A DNA stretch of 61,644 nt, filler included, from Dimargaris cristalligena (Eukaryota), in assembly GCA_003614675.1 (NCBI GenBank). It is 11 parts of 11 records of this genome, joined end to end, with 100 filler letters (N's around TTAATTAATTAA, not from the genome) between each part and the next. Parts side by side here need not be neighbours in the genome. Positions count along the whole stretch, not along the records: positions 56,153 to 61,644 come from ML003625.1; 10 more parts are not named here. The stretch is one strand, 5' to 3'. The notes under the pieces are model-generated. The model saw nothing but the letters and a program-made list of their open reading frames with translations, searched no databases and had not been told where the DNA came from. This document shows, piece after piece, positions 59,601 to 61,644 of this stretch (within the stretch, counting starts at the first letter, position 1; every line of letters starts with the position of its first letter). Both the position numbers and the translations under genes were made by a program.

Positions 59601-61644
59601 AGCAACAGGACGATATAGTCCCCCCGCATGGCCGGGTTGAGGTGCTGGATGGCCCCCGGGGTATTGATGATGACGAGGAGGGATTGGCGGGCCAATAGAG
59701 ATAACTCGTCATGGTCATCGCCCAAGTTAATAAGCAAGCGTATCAAGACGGCCCGGAGAATATCCTTTTTAACCTCGATATCGCCGGCCTGCATAACCGT
59801 AACCGTCATGAAACTGGACCCGTGGGTTAGTTCGCGGCCCACCGCCAGGATTTCTGAATCGGGAATATCCCCTCCTGGTATAACGGTCAAAACCGGGTGT
59901 AAGAGAATTTCCAGGATTTCTAGACGTAGGGTCATGCCATCCATCAGGTCCATGGGGGTGTCGTGAATACCCCCGAAGGTCAAATTGCCCTCCGGGCTCA
60001 GTTTAAGGGCCGGGCACTTGCGGTCCTGGTGAGCCTGAAGATGGACCAGCATACTAAATAGGATGCGGAAGGCCACCGTTCGTGAGACCAGGTTTAGACC
60101 TGAGTGGCGTTTCAGCATGGCTCGGATGCTGTAAAGGAAGGGGGTCACCAGCAGATCTACGTTGGGAAGTCCAGTGGAAAAAATGGGGTAGAGGTAAGAA
60201 TAGACGACATTGGCCATGGTCGGGTTGCGGGTGGCCAGAATATGAATGATCAAGTAATAGAAATGGGCGACGTAGTCTTCCGGAATCAATACCGGCTGGA
60301 CCCGGCACATGAGTCGACACAGGGCGGCCAAAGCCCACGGGTAGGCGTCACAGCTGGCTAGGGTAGATGTCGAATTAAGATGGCCACCCCTTCCGCCTAT
60401 CCCGTCCCGGCTGTAGTCCTGAGTGGCCCCTCGATGGATCGACGGTGGATCAGCAGCGGAAGGGATGGGACCTCGACCAAACTCATCGTTAATGCCAGCG
60501 GGGCCAGCGAGATAGTCCGACCCATTAATAAACTCCATGACCGGGGCCTGGGCGGGTGGGTGCTCACAGTTGACCCCCGGCGCAAAGTCCAGTTGGGGGG
60601 ACTCCCATTTGAAGCACACTTCCATCAACGACGGCGCCAGGGCCCAGGGCGAATAGAGAAGTAGAATCTGCCTCAGCCGGGTGAAGTTAGACCCTGCCGG
60701 GGTTTCCAACAAATACTGAATGGGAGGATAGCTGTGGACGACCGCGCGGGGTAAGGCCTCCAGACTGATACCCCGGCTATACAGGAGGCCGCTCACTGAG
60801 GAGAAGGTTTCGCAAACCCGGATAATCCCACGCACCATCTGCACCAGGAGGTGGGCATAGCGGATTTCGTTGGGATGGCCGATGGCGGTTAATAGTTGGG
60901 ACCACATGTAAGTGGCTTCACTTTCGTACCAGTTTATGCCCTCGATCAACTTTTCTAGATAAACCAGCGAACTGACCCCCGTTTCCAACCAGGGACAGGG
61001 TTTATCTAGGGTGCCCAGGACACACTTGCCCTGAACCAACCGGTTGGTGTATTTGGGGTGGGCGAATAGCTGGACGTCTTGGAGGAGATGCTCGCAGTAA
61101 CTATGCTCATTCCAGTCTTCCAGTGGGCCCTCTCCCCCGGCAATGCTACTAGCAGCGGTACTTCCGCCATTACCGCTGCCTCCTTCGCGCTCCTGTCCCG
61201 TTAAGAGAGTAGCGGCCAAGCTCGGGTCCAGGGTTCGAATGCCGTGGTGCTGGTTGGACTGGAACTGGTGGTGGGACAGTTCGCGACTCGCCGAGGCCCA
61301 GTAGGAGTGCACCGATGAACTCGACGACGAAGCCATGGTGTCCCCATCCGTTGGAATCCGTCCCAATCGGCCATCTATATCCTTATTAGTGCCGGGAAAG
61401 CTGGGGTTAAATAATTCTTCGTCGTTCACCAGGGTATTGGAAATCTGTAGCTGGCGCCGGAAGTATTTGGGGACGAGCCGCCGCTTATCCCGGTTGATGG
61501 CCGCCTTGAGATACGCTCCCCCGCGGGAGCGTAGTTTAGAGGGGACCTTGGGTGCGGATCGCTCTTGCTCGATTTCGTCCACTGGTACGACCGGGGGTTG
61601 AGGTACCGGTGGGGTCACGGCGGAATCCACCGCCAGGGGTGTTC
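56697..61644 (-). CDS. Ral GTPase-activating protein alpha subunit-like (C-terminal Rap-GAP domain), multi-exon, 5' truncated
   Basis: RECFKAAVLYVGSQQIDETSILGNHGGSPAYNTFLKTLGWEVNL...EMIFHDATRIP | KRHVGNDHIHIVWNE...GDFGNVQIVINPL | VPNFGPLMDGM...LVRATAIHA; upstream VRNSTGKY and an 822-codon exon. Confidence 0.85.

Noticed and set aside
56697-61644. Calling this gene TSC2/tuberin
   Set aside because: The GAP-domain motifs fit RalGAP-alpha better; symbol withheld pending phylogeny

Overview
Eukaryotic (fungal) genomic DNA, and not one locus. The window is 11 unrelated contigs of about 5.5 kb, sorted by decreasing length (5541 to 5492 bp) and joined by ten artificial 100-bp spacers (N44-TTAATTAATTAA-N44), so gene order across spacers carries no meaning. 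GT-AG introns, a Zn2Cys6 transcription factor, a CBM18/hevein protein, a PA-domain subtilase, an APE1-type nuclease and a RalGAP-alpha homologue point to an early-diverging, non-Dikarya fungus. A Dimargaris-like mycoparasite sequenced from amplified DNA is my inference and is not proven. Housekeeping genes: APE1-like, BOL3, MSW1, PRE1, GPN3, RRP42, KCS1, RalGAP-alpha and tRNA-Leu(CAG). The accessory DNA is rich in transposons: an LTR family of about 550-580 bp (solo LTRs with 5-bp TSDs, some nested), two other solo LTRs, a 136-bp MITE family with 4-bp ANNT TSDs, and two decayed Ty3/gypsy elements. Most notable: (1) a decayed Ty3/gypsy pol carrying a complete dUTPase between RNase H and integrase, the arrangement seen in non-primate lentiviruses; (2) a secreted-looking protein with F-box-like and ankyrin-like motifs; (3) a secreted cationic protein with an X-Pro dipeptide propeptide; (4) pervasive CpG deamination in old repeats; (5) an apparently perfect 1179-bp inverted repeat around KCS1 that is probably an amplification or assembly artefact.
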